Source: Octopus vulgaris
Lineage: Eukaryota
Assembly (NCBI GenBank): GCA_951406725.2
Contig: OX597818.1
Location: 80,476,001 to 80,540,000 of the forward strand
Direction of reading: 5' to 3'
Length of the DNA: 64,000 nucleotides
Part shown: piece after piece, positions 12,956 through 26,400 of the stretch
Numbering within the stretch: position 1 is the stretch's first letter
How the letters are laid out: the number at the start of each line of letters is the position of its first letter
Position numbers and translations under genes: made by a program
The notes under the pieces: generated by a model
What the model was told of the DNA's origin: nothing
The model's database searches: none
Seen by the model: the letters and a program-made list of their open reading frames with translations, nothing else

Positions 12956-13582
12956 GACAGGTAGACAATAGAATGCGATGGCGATGGGGATGGCGATGTA
13001 ATATTTGTTACTGTCCATGAACGCTGATAGATACATGAGTAAAATGTATAGGAAGGTAAGAGTTAAGAGTGAGTGAAAATGTTCTTGGAAGAGAGTAAAT
13101 AGCGACAGAGTGATTTGAGGAAGACTTTACATTAAATAACGGTAGTTGCATTGTCAAATGAAGAGGAGTGACAGAGTACTGGAGGAAATAGGGTGAGGTA
13201 GGAAGATGGCCCCTAGCAAGCACACCTTTTAAGATAGTGATTTCTAAGGTATCCCACGCGCATCGTCACCTCATTCTACATGTCCCTGTAAATTTTGGAG
13301 CGAATCGGACGGGATGTAGTGGCATTGAAAGCGAACCAAGCGGTAAAAACGCATTTCAGTTTTATATATAGAGAAGATATATATATATATCAACGGAGAT
13401 AATTTTGATAAATCAAGATTCTGCATTCGTTCTCCACCTCTCTCTCTCACACACATACACAAACACACAAACACACACACATATATTTATGCATGCACAC
13501 ACATATACACATCCACCCGCACCCACACACACCTACACACACATACACACACACATATATATGTACACACACATACATGCAT

Positions 13583-13619
<37 letters not shown>

Positions 13620-13697
13620 AAATGTATATATGTGTATATTTGATCATAAAGACATACACCAGACACACACATACATGTACATTTGTGTTGTGTGTAT

Positions 13698-13741
<44 letters not shown>

Positions 13742-13749
13742 CGTGTGTG

Positions 13750-13805
<56 letters not shown>

Positions 13806-14025
13806 TGTGAGTGTGAGTGTGACTGAGTGTGAAAGCAAGCGCGCGCGTTTTGGTGTGTGTATCAGATTCATAACTTTTCTTAAACAGAGCTTTCTTTGTT
13901 TTCGAGAATTCCTGACATCAACAACGAACCAAGATAGTTGAAGCTCTCGCCAAACTTCTAAACAACCATATCTTTTTACGCCATTAATTATCTCTTAACT
14001 CCACAACTAAATTAATTGTCACCAT

Positions 14026-14068
<43 letters not shown>

Positions 14069-14635
14069 TTCATCATCATCATCTTCATCATCATCATCTT
14101 ATCATCATCATCATATTATCATCATCATCATCATCATCACTACCACCACCACGATCATCATCACCACTGCGACCAATACCATTTACTAGTAACCATAACT
14201 TCAACAGCACTGCCATCAACATCACCACAATTACGACAATGCCACCACCACCACAAACTTTAGCATCACAGCTACAACCACCATCGCCGTAACCACCACC
14301 GCCGCCACCTCCACCGAAGACACCGCCAGCGCGATCACCATCATCACTATCACTATCACCATCGCCAACGCCATCAACACCGCCATCACCGCCACCCCAA
14401 TCACCACCAGCACATCACAGCCACTGTCACTGCCGCCACCACCACCAACACCACCACCACTACTACCACTGCTATCACCACCGCCACCACCATCACCACC
14501 ATTGTGACCAATTGTGTGTTAACAAAAGACACCACTAAATCACACTGAAAAAATCGTTGGTTTTATACCAGTTTGGTGTGGTAGCGGTATTGTAGAGTGT
14601 GTGTGATGGTGTTTAAATATGGTCAGTGGATGTGA

Positions 14636-15310
14636 ATATGTTTTTTCTACTCTAGGCACAAAGCCCGAAATTATGGGGAAGAGGGCCAGTCAATTAGATT
14701 GACCTCAGTACGCAACTGGTATTTATCGACCTGGAAAGAATAAAAAGCAAAGTCAACCTCGACGGAATTTAAACTCAGAACGTAAAGACGGACGAAATAC
14801 TGCTAAGCATTTCGCCCGGCGTGCTAACGATTCTGCTAGCTCGCCGCCTTTAAAAACCTATTTCTTTACTACCCACAAGGGGCTAAACACAGAGGAGACA
14901 AACAAGGACAGACAAGGGGATTAAGTCGATGACATCGACCCCAGTATGTTACTGGTACTTAATTTATCGATCCCGAAAGGATGAAAAGCAAAGTCAACCT
15001 CAGCGGAATTTGAACTCAGAACGTAGCGGCAGACGAAATACCGCTAAGCATTTTGCCCGGCGTGCTAACGTTTCTTTTTTGTTTTTTACTGCCCACAAGG
15101 GGCTACACACAGAGGGGACAAACAAGGACAGACAAACGGATTAAGTCGATTATATCGACCCCAGTGCGTAACTGGTACTTATTTAATCGACCCCGAAAAG
15201 ATGAAAGGCAAAGTCGACCACGGCGGAATTTGAACTTAGAACGTAATGGCAGACGAAATACTGCTAAGCATTTCGCCCGGCGTGCTAACGTTTCTGCCAG
15301 CTCACCGCCT
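14636..15310 (-). mobile_element. Three adjacent SINE family A copies (one short-tail, two long-tail)
   Basis: Same core and tRNA-like head as 8-237. Confidence 0.85.
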
Positions 15311-15567
15311 TATCTGTGGATGTGAATATACAAGCATGTATGTATGTGTATGTGCGTGTGAGTGTCTATATGAGTTGCATGCATTGCGCGTTTTTTGAGA
15401 GGGTAGTCACCACCACCACAACCATCACCACCTCCTCCATCGCCATCACTACCACTACTGCAACCACCACCATCACCACTACCACCACAGCCGCCGCCGT
15501 CGTCTTTGCCACCACTACTACCACTATTACAAGTACCACCATCGCCACTACAACTATCATTACAAAT

Positions 15568-16312
15568 GAGGCATTTAGTGACTGAGTGTCGTAAGCGTCA
15601 TCCCGATCATTTTCAATGTTAGTATATCATTTTCTTTGTCTCGACGTTTAGAATTCGAAAAAGTTGGGAGGAAGAACCGTTGAGGCTTGCAAAAAGGTCG
15701 AAAACCTGGCTGAAAAAAATTGTACCTCGACGCTATCGACACGACGCTCGCTCCCCCAAACTCGGGCCAGAGAGTTTAGTAACACAACACCGTAAGCACA
15801 CATGCTCAATCAAATACGTTTGGTGTGGTCCCTGTATTGTTTTTCGAGGCGTTATGGCTCATTTTCTAATATTCCTCGTTACCATCGTAACGATAATAGG
15901 CTATTATCTTACTATATCTGACTATCTTGTCTTACCTCTTGAAGATACTTACCTTGGTATATTAAAACACAAACAATACCTTTGTGGTCGGTCCCTATAT
16001 GTTTTTTCTGAGTATTATGGTTAAAATATGCAATGCGATACACCGTTTCGTAGTACCGGTATATTCTACGAAATGAGAAAGACGCAGTCATTGTTTCATC
16101 TTTCAGATGCATATATAAATAAGTAATTTTCATAGTTGGGATGATTAGAGGAGGTCTTCACGGTAATTTTAAGACCAAAACCAGGTTCCTAACTTCAATC
16201 CTTGCCGTGATATCGCATTCTGAAAGCCGCAAAACTTTGACTCCGTTTTCCTGGTTTTTTCTTTTTTTTTTTTTAGTTGTGGCGCTTGCGATGGTCTGTT
16301 ACTAAACACCTC
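15568..16312. mobile_element. Non-autonomous DNA transposon, probably Sola (Sola2-like)
   Basis: Inverted ends GAGGCATTTAGTGAC...GTTACTAAACACCTC with 4-bp direct flank AAAT on both sides. Confidence 0.65.
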
Positions 16313-16461
16313 AAATACACTTTCCCAACATTGCAACTCTTTTTTGTCTTGTTAGGGTTTGTCGTTGTTGTCATGACGACCACACCACTTCTACAACCAC
16401 CGGCACCACCAACTGGAGTTATTGTTAAATAACACGTTATATTTCCGGCAACCTCTTATTC

Positions 16462-16510
<49 letters not shown>

Positions 16511-16512
<2 letters not shown>

Positions 16513-16865
16513 GAATGAAGGAAGCGGAAAATAGAGTTCACGAGAATTTTAATTCACAACGATCGTTTCGACCCAGATGGATCGGTCCATTACAGGTGGA
16601 ATACTATACAACTGGTTGTGTTGCAGCCACCGGTGCTGATGCATCATGTCAGGTTGGCAACAATAACATGCCAAGCGAAACCGATTATATTTAGCAAGAT
16701 ATCCTCTTTAAAACCAGACACCTGACGAGATGCATTTGCACCAAAGGATGCAACACAACCAGCCGTACGTATTCTAGCCGCAAGGGACCGATGCAAGATG
16801 GGTCTAAATGATCGTTATGATGAATAAAGATTCTCTTAAACTCCATTTTCGCTTTCCTCCTTCAA
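16511..16865. mobile_element. Foldback Penelope-like fragment with decayed hammerhead cores
   Basis: About 145-bp inverted arms; right arm CAC-CTGACGA...GGGTC-TAAATGATCGTT, left arm (minus) GGGTC-GAAACGATCGTT-GTG; AATAAA downstream in the right arm. Confidence 0.5.
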
Positions 16866-16990
16866 TCTATCAAAACTGTGGATGGCATCAGGTAACCTAA
16901 ACAATGAAAGTGCTTTAATCGGCATACTAGTAACCGTATAGCTAGCGAAAAGCACCGTAAAGGTTGAATTATAAATAGGAAATATAAATA

Positions 16991-17393
16991 GGTGCAGGAG
17001 TGGCTGTGTGGTAAGTAGCTTGCTTACCAATTAAATGGTTCCGGGTTCAGTCCCACTGTGTGACACCTTGGATAAGTGTCTTCTACTATAGCCTCGGGCC
17101 GACCAAAGCCTTGTGAGTGGATTTGGTAGACGGAAACTGAAGGAAGCCCGTCATATATATGTATGTGTATGTATATGTTTGTGTGTCTGTGTTTGTTCCC
17201 CACCATTGCTTGAGAACCGATGGTGGTGTGTTTACGTCCCTGTAACTTAGCGGTTCGGCAAAAGACACCGATAGAATAAGTACTAGGCTTCCAAAGAATA
17301 AGTCCTAGGGTTGATTTGCTCGACTACTGGCGGTGCTCCAGCATGGCCGCAGTCAAATGACTGAAACAAGTAAAAGAGTAAAAGAGTAAAAGA
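16991..17393 (+). mobile_element. tRNA-derived SINE family B, full length, with internal microsatellite
   Basis: GGAGTGGCTGTGTGGTAAG (A box), GGTTCAGTCCC (B box), CORE-like CCTTGGATAAGTGTCTTC, tail (GTAAAAGA)n; many copies in the window. Confidence 0.85.
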
Positions 17394-17549
17394 GGAAATA
17401 GTGGCACACATCTTTGCCTCTATACATTCAGTGATGCTTTACGACAGTGTCGTACGATTATCGACTACTATTTCCAGCAAACATTGGAACCGTGTTGTAC
17501 CACTATTTCCTACGTGTGTGTGTGTATAAATTTTTTAAATCTTTTTCTT

Positions 17550-17737
17550 GTTTTAGTCGTTAGACTACGGCCATGTGAGGGCACCGCCTTGTTTTAGTCG
17601 AACAAATCGACGCCAGGCTTTTTTAAAGCCTAGTACTTATTCTATCGCGCTCTTTAGCCGAACCGCTGCCTTATGGGTACGTAAACATGCCAACACCGGT
17701 TATCAAGCGGTGGTGGGGAATAAACATGGACACAAAG

Positions 17738-17793
<56 letters not shown>

Positions 17794-17805
17794 ACACACA
17801 CGACC
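17550..17805 (-). mobile_element. SINE family B, 3' half
   Basis: Reverse complement of about 17170-17380. Confidence 0.7.
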
Positions 17806-18124
17806 TACATTGGACTCTTCGTATCATTATCGAACCTGGAGTTTAACTATAGTCTGTCCATAGCACTTACTCAGCATTACCTGACACCTCTGGGTCTTCT
17901 TGACACCAATACCTCTCATAACCTATATATATATACATAAGGCTGAAAAGGAACACGCGAGTTGATATGTATGAGGAAAATAAGTCAAGGTAGAAAATGG
18001 TAAAATAATTATATCATGAAGAACATTTTAGTACTGGTTTTAGTCTTTGCGACTTTTTCAACTTAGAGTAAAGCATGAAAAATAATTAAATTGTGGAAAA
18101 ATTAAATGAATTTTTTTTTAAAGT

Positions 18125-18610
18125 CTCTATTCTTTAGAGCGTAGGCGAGAAAGATATGCCATAATATACATCTGGAAGATCCTGGAAGGACTTGTCCCAA
18201 ACTTGGCATCGAGAGTTACACAAATACTGTAAGTGGGCGCCACTGCTTAGTGCCAAGGACTCCAATTTTGTCATCAAGATGTAGGACAAGATACTGTGAT
18301 AGCCTGGGCTTCAGAGGCCCACAGCTCTTCAATATCCTCTCGAAGAACCTGAGAGACCTGCATGGGGTGGATGTAGGTGTCTTCAAAACAAAGCTGGACC
18401 TCTTCCTATCAAGTGTCCCAGATGAACCAACTTCGCGGGAGGAGGTGCAGATGAGGGCAGCTGCATCAAACTCTCTTATGCACCAAATGTCAATTCCTAA
18501 AAAGCATTCGTGAAGTAAAATTATGTAGCAACACCAGAGGGCGGTGCCCCAGCTTGGCCACAGCTCATGAGCTGAAACTAGATAAAATAAAATAAACAAT
18601 AAATAAATAA
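18125..18610 (+). mobile_element. CR1-group LINE 3' fragment
   Basis: LYSLERRRERYAIIYIWKILEGLVP and GPQLFNILSKNLRD..FKTKLDLFLSSVPDEP; A-rich (TAAA)n tail. Confidence 0.75.
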
Positions 18611-18621
18611 AAATATATATG

Positions 18622-18710
<89 letters not shown>

Positions 18711-18744
18711 GTAGATATATACACAGACAGACAGACAGACAGAC

Positions 18745-18811
<67 letters not shown>

Positions 18812-19149
18812 CAGACAGATCTCCATTTACAATTGTTCTCCGACCTCATATCTCTTTACCCTAGTTTTTCAACCGTAATTCTTTCAAACTCGTCGCTCCT
18901 GTTTTCTATTTGACCCTATTTCCTCACTCCGAACCTAAATAGTTTTGTTCGTTCATGGAAATAACAACAAGAGCTACAAACATTGAAATAGATTAATAGT
19001 GGTAGTGCTGGCTGCAATGGTGTTGGTAGTAGCGTTGAAGTTGTAGTTGTTTAACCGCAGGCTAACGCTAGTAGGACAAACAAAAACGACTTGGTAACGG
19101 AAGTATTTTGTGGTCGTGTTGGTGATTCTTGTTGTAGCTTAGCGCGCTT

Positions 19150-19510
19150 TTATTACCACCGCTGTCGCTAAGGTGGAGGTATTGTTTCAGTCGTGTTTGT
19201 TTGTTTGTTTGTTTATTGGTTTGTCCTCTGGATGGATTAGGATGAAACTTTCAGAGATGTTTGGCCTCGTGACTGGCACAAACTGATTAGATTTTGGGAT
19301 CAATCCGCTACCGGAGAAGGATTCTGGATTATTTTCCCTGTTCTTTTACTTAATTTTTGAAAGCGGTTAGGTTCATTTTTAGTATTCCCGTTTTTGGGAG
19401 GGGTCGAGTTTATTTCAGCTATTCCCGTTTTCAAAATCATCTCCGGCTAATCATTGAGAGGACATTGGTGTTGACTTGGCGAAGGTTTGTGCTCTCTGAG
19501 TGCTCTTGTT
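19150..19510 (+). mobile_element. DINE-1/Helentron-associated non-autonomous element
   Basis: Starts TTATTACCACCG..AAGGTGGAGGTATTGTTT, internal (GTTT)n, ends TTGGCGAAGGTTTGTGCTCTCTGAGTGCTCTTGTT (subterminal inverted repeat plus 3' hairpin), T-rich flanks. Confidence 0.6.
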
Positions 19511-19677
19511 ATTATCTTTTTCTGTATCCAATGTGACTTACTTTTCGTTACATAAGACGATTGTTTGTGTCACTTTGCTGCTATTTCTACGAGATTGAGG
19601 GAGTGTCCCAGAGACGCTCTCACTGAATGTCGTTATTAGAGGTGGTCTTGTGCTGGTTGTACTATTGTTGTTGTTAC

Positions 19678-19712
<35 letters not shown>

Positions 19713-20247
19713 GTGGTGATGATGGTGGTGGTGCTGCTGTTGCTGCTGCCGCTGGTGCTGGTGCTCTGGGATATCTGTGGTGGTGGTGCTGATGATGGTT
19801 ATAGTAGTCGTGTTAGTAGGTGGATGGTGGCGGTGGTGGTGATGTTATTAATTGATCATGGAGATGTTGATGGCAGTGGCGATGGTGATGGTGGTGGTGG
19901 TGACGGCGGCGGCGGTGGGTGTGGTAGTTCATGTGATGTTGCTAGTGGGGTTGATAGTGGGTAAGAGAGTGCTAACTCAGTGATGGTAATGGTGGTGGTG
20001 GTGGTCTTGTGGTTGGTTGCTTAGAAATAGTCATCATTACATACAAAGCTGTGGCAAAACAAAAACCGCCATATTTTACACGACCGTAGTTGTAAACATT
20101 AGCAAATTTAGTTCTGCCGACCAAATTCATTCACAAGGCATTGGAATTATAATGGAAGACATGTGCCCAATGTGCCATGCCGTAGAACTGAACCCGAAAC
20201 CGCGTGATGGCAAAGCGTGGTTCTTAACCACCAAGCCTATATACATA

Positions 20248-20314
<67 letters not shown>

Positions 20315-20317
20315 GTG

Positions 20318-20364
<47 letters not shown>

Positions 20365-20607
20365 GACATATCCACCGCGGCCCCTGAATAAAACAAACAC
20401 ACACGCAAATATTAAAAATGATATTCTCAAGAGATTCTCAAGAATTCATTTAAAAACAGTCCAAATCACTGCTATAATTCATAATGAGCCAATTTTAAGT
20501 CACTTGACCATTTAACACCTTACTACTTTCATACTACCTACATTCTTTCTTATTCTCCCTTCTTCTTATTCTCCCTTCTTCTTCTTCTTCTTCTTCTTCT
20601 TCTTCTT

Positions 20608-20638
<31 letters not shown>

Positions 20639-20804
20639 TATATATATGCATATATGCATGTATGTATGTATGTATGTATGTATGTATGTATGTATGTATG
20701 TACGTACGTATGTATGTATGTATGTATGTATGTACGTACGTACGTACGTACGTATGTATGTATGTATGTATGTATGTATGTATGTATGTATGCATGTATG
20801 TATG

Positions 20805-20847
<43 letters not shown>

Positions 20848-20860
20848 CTACATTTATATA

Positions 20861-22077
20861 CAGGGTTGGACAAAATAATGGAAACACCTTAAAATTTCAA
20901 ATTAATTTATTTTAATATGGGGTAGGACAGCTTTGGCAGTAATTACAATTTGAATTCCACCAGTTATGGATTTGTACAAAGTTTGAATTGTTTCCAAAGG
21001 AATTTTTTCTCCATTCTTCAGCTGAAACATTCTCTAGTTCTTGTAGTGATGATGGTGGAGGATATCGACTCCTTACTGTGTTGGCCAAATTAGATGTTCA
21101 ACTTCACTAGAATGCTCTTCGTGTCATTCAGTAACAACATTAGCTGTGTGAATTGACGCATTATCATTCTGAAAGATTGCGTTTCCCTCCGGAAACAGTC
21201 CCGCAACCATAGGATGAATTTGATCAGATAAAATGTTTAAATTGTATTGACTATTAATTCTGCCATGAAGGGAAAACACTGGGCCGGCGGATTTCCAAGA
21301 TATAGTCCTCCACATCATGACAGATCTTCCTCCATGTTTAACAGTTGGAAGAAGGCAGTCTAGGGCAAATGCTTCTTTTGGCTGTCTCCACACGTACACT
21401 CTGCCGGTGGTCGGAAATAAGGTAAAGGATGACTCGTCCGAGAAAATAACATTCTTCCATTCCTCTAGGGACCTATTCTGTAGGTTTTTACTCCACTCTA
21501 AACGCTTTGCAACGTTTGCTTTTGAAAGTAGTGGTTTTCTGATTGCAGCCTTCCAGTGAAATCCAGCTTTGTGCAGCTCCCGGCGAGCAGTTTTTGTGGA
21601 AACTGTGTTCTCGAGGTAGTCATTATGCTCTGCAGTAATTTTGGGAGCTGTACTTTAGTGATCCTTTCTAACAATTAGCGTAAGAGTCCGATGGTCCCTA
21701 TCTGAAAGTTTTGGTTTTCTTCCGGAGTTTTGTTTTATCAAGGAGGTTTTCCCCTCTTTCTCAAAGTCTGTCATTACTTTCGAGACAGTATTTTTTGATA
21801 CATCAAATATTTCAGGTGTTTTCATTACGTTAGCGCCTGCCATATGAGCATCAACAATTTGACCTTTTTGAAAGTCCGATAGATCTCTCATGTTAATGAA
21901 TTTTAATTATCTTTTTCTGATGATATCTGAAAGGAAACAACAATTTTTGCAAAACATATTAAGCAACACTAATAATAAATCAAAAAAGATAAACATATAC
22001 AAGCTTTTGACGATTTTATAGATATTTCAAAATTATGATGCTATGATGCTAGCTGGTTCCATTATTTTCTCCAACCC

Positions 22078-22080
<3 letters not shown>
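20861..22080 (-). mobile_element. Tc1-like transposon with disrupted transposase
   Basis: TIRs TA|CAGGGTTGGACAAAATAATGGAA...TTCCATTATTTTCTCCAACCCCTG|TA; fragments MRDLSDFQKGQIV (HTH), PTVKHGGRSVMMW, FQNDNASIH. Confidence 0.9.
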
Positions 22081-22118
<38 letters not shown>

Positions 22119-22233
22119 TAACTACATGTATATATGGGGTTTCTATCTATCAGATTCACTTACAACGCTTGCCGAAGGTGACACGCAGTGGGGCCGAACC
22201 CAAAACCATGTTACAAGAAATCTAGTTTCCTAG

Positions 22234-22311
<78 letters not shown>

Positions 22312-23165
22312 CTTTTCTTATTCACACACACACGCACACAGTACATTCGCACACGACGGGCTTCCACACATTTTCCTTATACCACATTCTCACACAAGGC
22401 ATTTGTAGGCCCGCGGGTATAATAGAAAGCAATTGCCGAAGTTACCACACAGAGAGACTGAAAACTTGCAGTTGCAAAGCGAGCTTCTTAATCATACAGC
22501 CATGCAATTGGTTCCACTCTATTTTACAAAACATGGCAATTATTGACAACGTGTAATGATTAATAAAAGCATTATACTACTTGAGATCCAATAAAAATGT
22601 ATGCTAAACGCATGGGCGTGTAGTTTTAACAGATTAAGTGATTGAAGTCTCGCTGTGACAGATAATTTGATTAAACCACATGTTATTCTATATAATGCTT
22701 AAAAGGACTGACAGCGATAAGCATACAATCACTCTGGTTGTGTAAATAAGACACCGCGGTGAATACAACGTATCTGCCTGCAGGACCGATTCAAAAAAAC
22801 AAACCACGAGACGTTTCGACGAATCATTGTTATCACATGAAGAGGGCTTACTCAGAATACAAGGAAGAAAGAGGCGCTTCCCACTCTTCTCTCCCTCTCC
22901 CCCCTCTCTCTCTCTCTTTCACTTTCTCTCCCTCTCTCTTTCTGTATGCTCAAACAACACAGTCATGTGTGTGTACTATTTGTATGTGTTATTTTATGTT
23001 TTCAATATAAATAATATTACTTGTCAAAAAGATCCCTGATTGAGAATAAAGCAGGGCGATAAAAAAATACCAGCTGGTCGATGTAATCGACTAACTCCTT
23101 CCTCCGAAATAGCTGACCTTGCACCATGGTCATCAACATCATCATCATCATCATCATCATCATCT

Positions 23166-23200
<35 letters not shown>

Positions 23201-23742
23201 GAGTGAGAGAGCAGTGCATGCCATCAAAGTGACATTGGAGTACAAATATATAAAGCCCAATACACCCATCATGACTACCCGTCTGATAACGGTACACCAG
23301 GCACATGCATCACAACCATGTGTGCACGACATGGTGATCTCATATCAAGATAAACAGCACATGACCTTGCAGGTGGGGCCCAGTTAGAATTTTCTTCTGG
23401 TCGAGTAGCCCATCCTGCTCAAAAGGTCCCTGAATAAGGGTTGTTTAAAGATGTTGAACGAAACACCCATGTTTCCAGAGGTGAATTATTCAAACCCCCA
23501 AAGAATCCCTCTCAACACATGGCTATGATGTTCCCTCACTATTTCTGCTCGTGATCAGAGATGCACATATCATCAGCCACTAAGGGACATACTCAACTGG
23601 TTAAGGTCAAACAACTGACAAGCAAATTTGAATATTTGCTGTAGCCCATATTTTATACCAAGACAAACAATGTACATGATAACACTTCCAATCAGTTTAG
23701 ATCAGAAGCCACGAGAGACACTGCCTGGTACTGCATCAGGGC

Positions 23743-23744
<2 letters not shown>
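23201..23744. mobile_element. Unclassified 544-bp insertion within a (TTA)n tract
   Basis: Complex sequence with (TTA)n directly on both sides; no TIRs or credible ORF. Confidence 0.45.
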
Positions 23745-23806
<62 letters not shown>

Positions 23807-23809
23807 GTT

Positions 23810-24350
23810 AAGGTAGTGAGCTGGTAGAATCGTTAGCACACCGGGCAAAATGTTTATTGGTATTTCGTCCTTCTTTACATTCTGAGCTTAAATTCCGCCA
23901 GAGTTGACTTTGCCTTTCATTCTTTCGGGTTCGATTAAATAGGAACCAGTCGAGCACTGGGGTCGATGCTATCGACTATCCCTTCCCCCAAATTTCAGGT
24001 CTTGTGCCTATGGTAGAAAGGATTATTTTTGTTGTTGTCGTCGTCGTTATCGGTGGTGGTGGTGGTGGTGGTGGTGGTGGCGGTGGTGGTGGTGTTGGCG
24101 GCGGCGGTGGTGGTGGTATTGATCTTATCAAAGGCGGCGAGCTGACAAAATCACTGGCACGCCGGACAAAATGCTTAGCGACATTTCGCCCGTCTTTACG
24201 TTCTGAGTTCAAATTCCGCCGCGGTCGACTTTGCCTTTCACCTCTTTCTGGATCGATAAAATAAGTACCAGTTAAGCCCTGGTCTCGATGTAATTGACTA
24301 ATCCTTTCTCCACCAAATTTCAGGGTTTGTCAAGATAGCAGAAAGAATTA
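23810..24350 (+). mobile_element. Two SINE family A short-tail copies separated by (GGT)n
   Basis: Heads at about 23811 and 24133; tails like CCCCAAATTTCAGGTCTTGTGCCTA. Confidence 0.8.
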
Positions 24351-24515
24351 TTAGTGATATAAAGGCTGAGAAAAAAAAAAAAAACTATTCCTTCCAGTCT
24401 TTTCTGATGATTGGTTGGCTTATCTGATCACATGGTAAAACTGGCATGGAACCGACTGATAAATTGACTAATATGCTAGTATGATATTGTATTGCCTTAG
24501 TTATAATATAGATAA

Positions 24516-24595
<80 letters not shown>

Positions 24596-24659
24596 ATACA
24601 AAATATGGGGGTTTAGTTCACATGTTTAGGTAGTGGGTAGCGATTTTCTTCACTACTTC

Positions 24660-25067
24660 AGTGAGTGATGACCCTGCCTGACACGAGTCCCGGGTTCACC
24701 TGGCTCCAGCTGACAGTACCCGGTATGGGCTCCTATCCAGGGTTACGGAAAGGAGACAACCTTCAAAGAAATCGGGTGGAGCCCCGTAGGCGGTTTAGTG
24801 TTCGACTCGACACTCTTCCGGCAGCTCCTGCAATCAAGCTGATGCCAAACGTAATGCTCTGCACTCCTTTGGACTACGTCAGCAAGGTCGAGAGAAGAAT
24901 TCTGACGATTGGGCTGCCCAGGATTTTCTTACATCTAGCCCAGACTTGTGCAGGACTGGAGAGGAAGTTGGAGAGGACATGAAATGTAAAAACCAGACTG
25001 GATTAGTTTATGCGCAACTCCATTGTCTCCCGAGACAAAAGGATGCCAATAACAACAACAACAACAA
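24660..25067 (+). mobile_element. Probable non-autonomous RTE-derived element
   Basis: GC-richer segment resembling RTE 5' UTRs (from memory), ending in an (AAC)n tail. Confidence 0.35.
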
Positions 25068-25195
25068 GTCCACATGTGATCTAAACGATTAGGTACGCTG
25101 GGTAAGTACTGTAACGAATCACCAAGGCTCCAAGGTCATCACTGAGATGGGAGTTATGGAACCATTGTAGATTTCTGATATAGCGGATATATAAT

Positions 25196-25525
25196 TGTTA
25201 AAGAAGACAGCAAACGCTAAGGTAAGACAAACATCTCATGTTACGTACGTTATTATTATTGGAAAAATCTAAAGTCTTACAGCTGTTTCTGGGATATCCC
25301 AAAGTCTGGGATATTTCGCCATCAGAGACATATAGGGAAAATGTCCTCTATGTCATCGTTTCATTAATCTGCATTCTTCACATTCTCCCTATTTGTCTCC
25401 AATGATGGAATATCCCATACTTTGGGATATTCCAGAAACAGTTGTAAGTCTAAATTTTTCCAATAATAATAACGTATATGACTTGAGATGTCTGTCTTGC
25501 CTTAGCGTTTGCTGTCCCCTTTAAC

Positions 25526-25526
<1 letters not shown>
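25196..25526. mobile_element. Foldback Penelope-like element, each arm with a type I hammerhead motif
   Basis: About 140-bp inverted arms TGTTAAAGAAGACAGCAAACGCTAAGG...CCTTAGCGTTTGCTGTCCCCTTTAACA. Confidence 0.7.
25274..25329 (-). ncRNA. Type I hammerhead ribozyme motif, core variant CUGAUGG
   Basis: GTCT-CTGATGG-[stem II ATATCCCA..TGGGATAT]-GAAA-CAGCTG-TA-AGAC; stem I GTCT/AGAC, palindromic stem III. Confidence 0.6.
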
Positions 25527-25612
<86 letters not shown>

Positions 25613-25624
25613 CAGAAGTGAATA

Positions 25625-26400
25625 CGAGGTCTGACCAATAAGCATCCGGACTGTTGCCATAGTAAAGAAGCTAAAACACGCATAGTGAAGCCGCTTGGCA
25701 AAAATTTACCTTGAACTCTGTTGTGCATGCGTAATAAGTTTTAACGTTTTAGCTCACTTCCGCTGCTTACAGCAGTCCTTGGAAGGAATGTGTGCAGTGG
25801 CCCGGGAACAAAATTTGCTTAGGTGGTGCAAACCCAGGTCTAAATTTTCTACGAAAACCGTGGATTTTTTTCAATGCTGGCATTAAAACAAATGCAGTTA
25901 TAATAATAATTTTTTTTTTATTATGAGAGTCGACTGAAATGCTGAGCAAACATTCTCATAGAATGTGACTAAATGACATAATTCCTCTTACTGTCCACAC
26001 ACTTCCATCAGTAGTTGCAGTGCTTGGATTGCACTGGTAAAGACGCTATACTGTTGGTCAAAATAGTCAACAACAGTAGATAAGACGTCATCATCACATT
26101 GATATTGGTGTCCAGCCAAGTGTTTTTTCACGTTGGGAAACATGATAATCAGATGATAATCAGATAATCAGATAATCACTAACATAGGGAGGGTAATCAG
26201 CCAGTTCAGACCCAGCCACACACAGCAGCCATTGAAACCAAGGACTTGTGTACTGATGGATTGTCCTAATGAGACAAGACTCCATTCATCGCTGGGTCTT
26301 GATAGGCTTTCGAAACGGCCTTAGCAAGTTGGCATTGAATTTTCCATTGCTGCTGTAATCATTTTGAAGATTGTCAATAAACACAATATTTTTTGCATTA
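25625..26400 (-). mobile_element. Degenerate mariner-derived remnant
   Basis: Terminus TA|CGAGGTCTGACCAATAAGCATCCGGACT resembles mariner TIRs; interior heavily decayed, other end not found. Confidence 0.4.
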
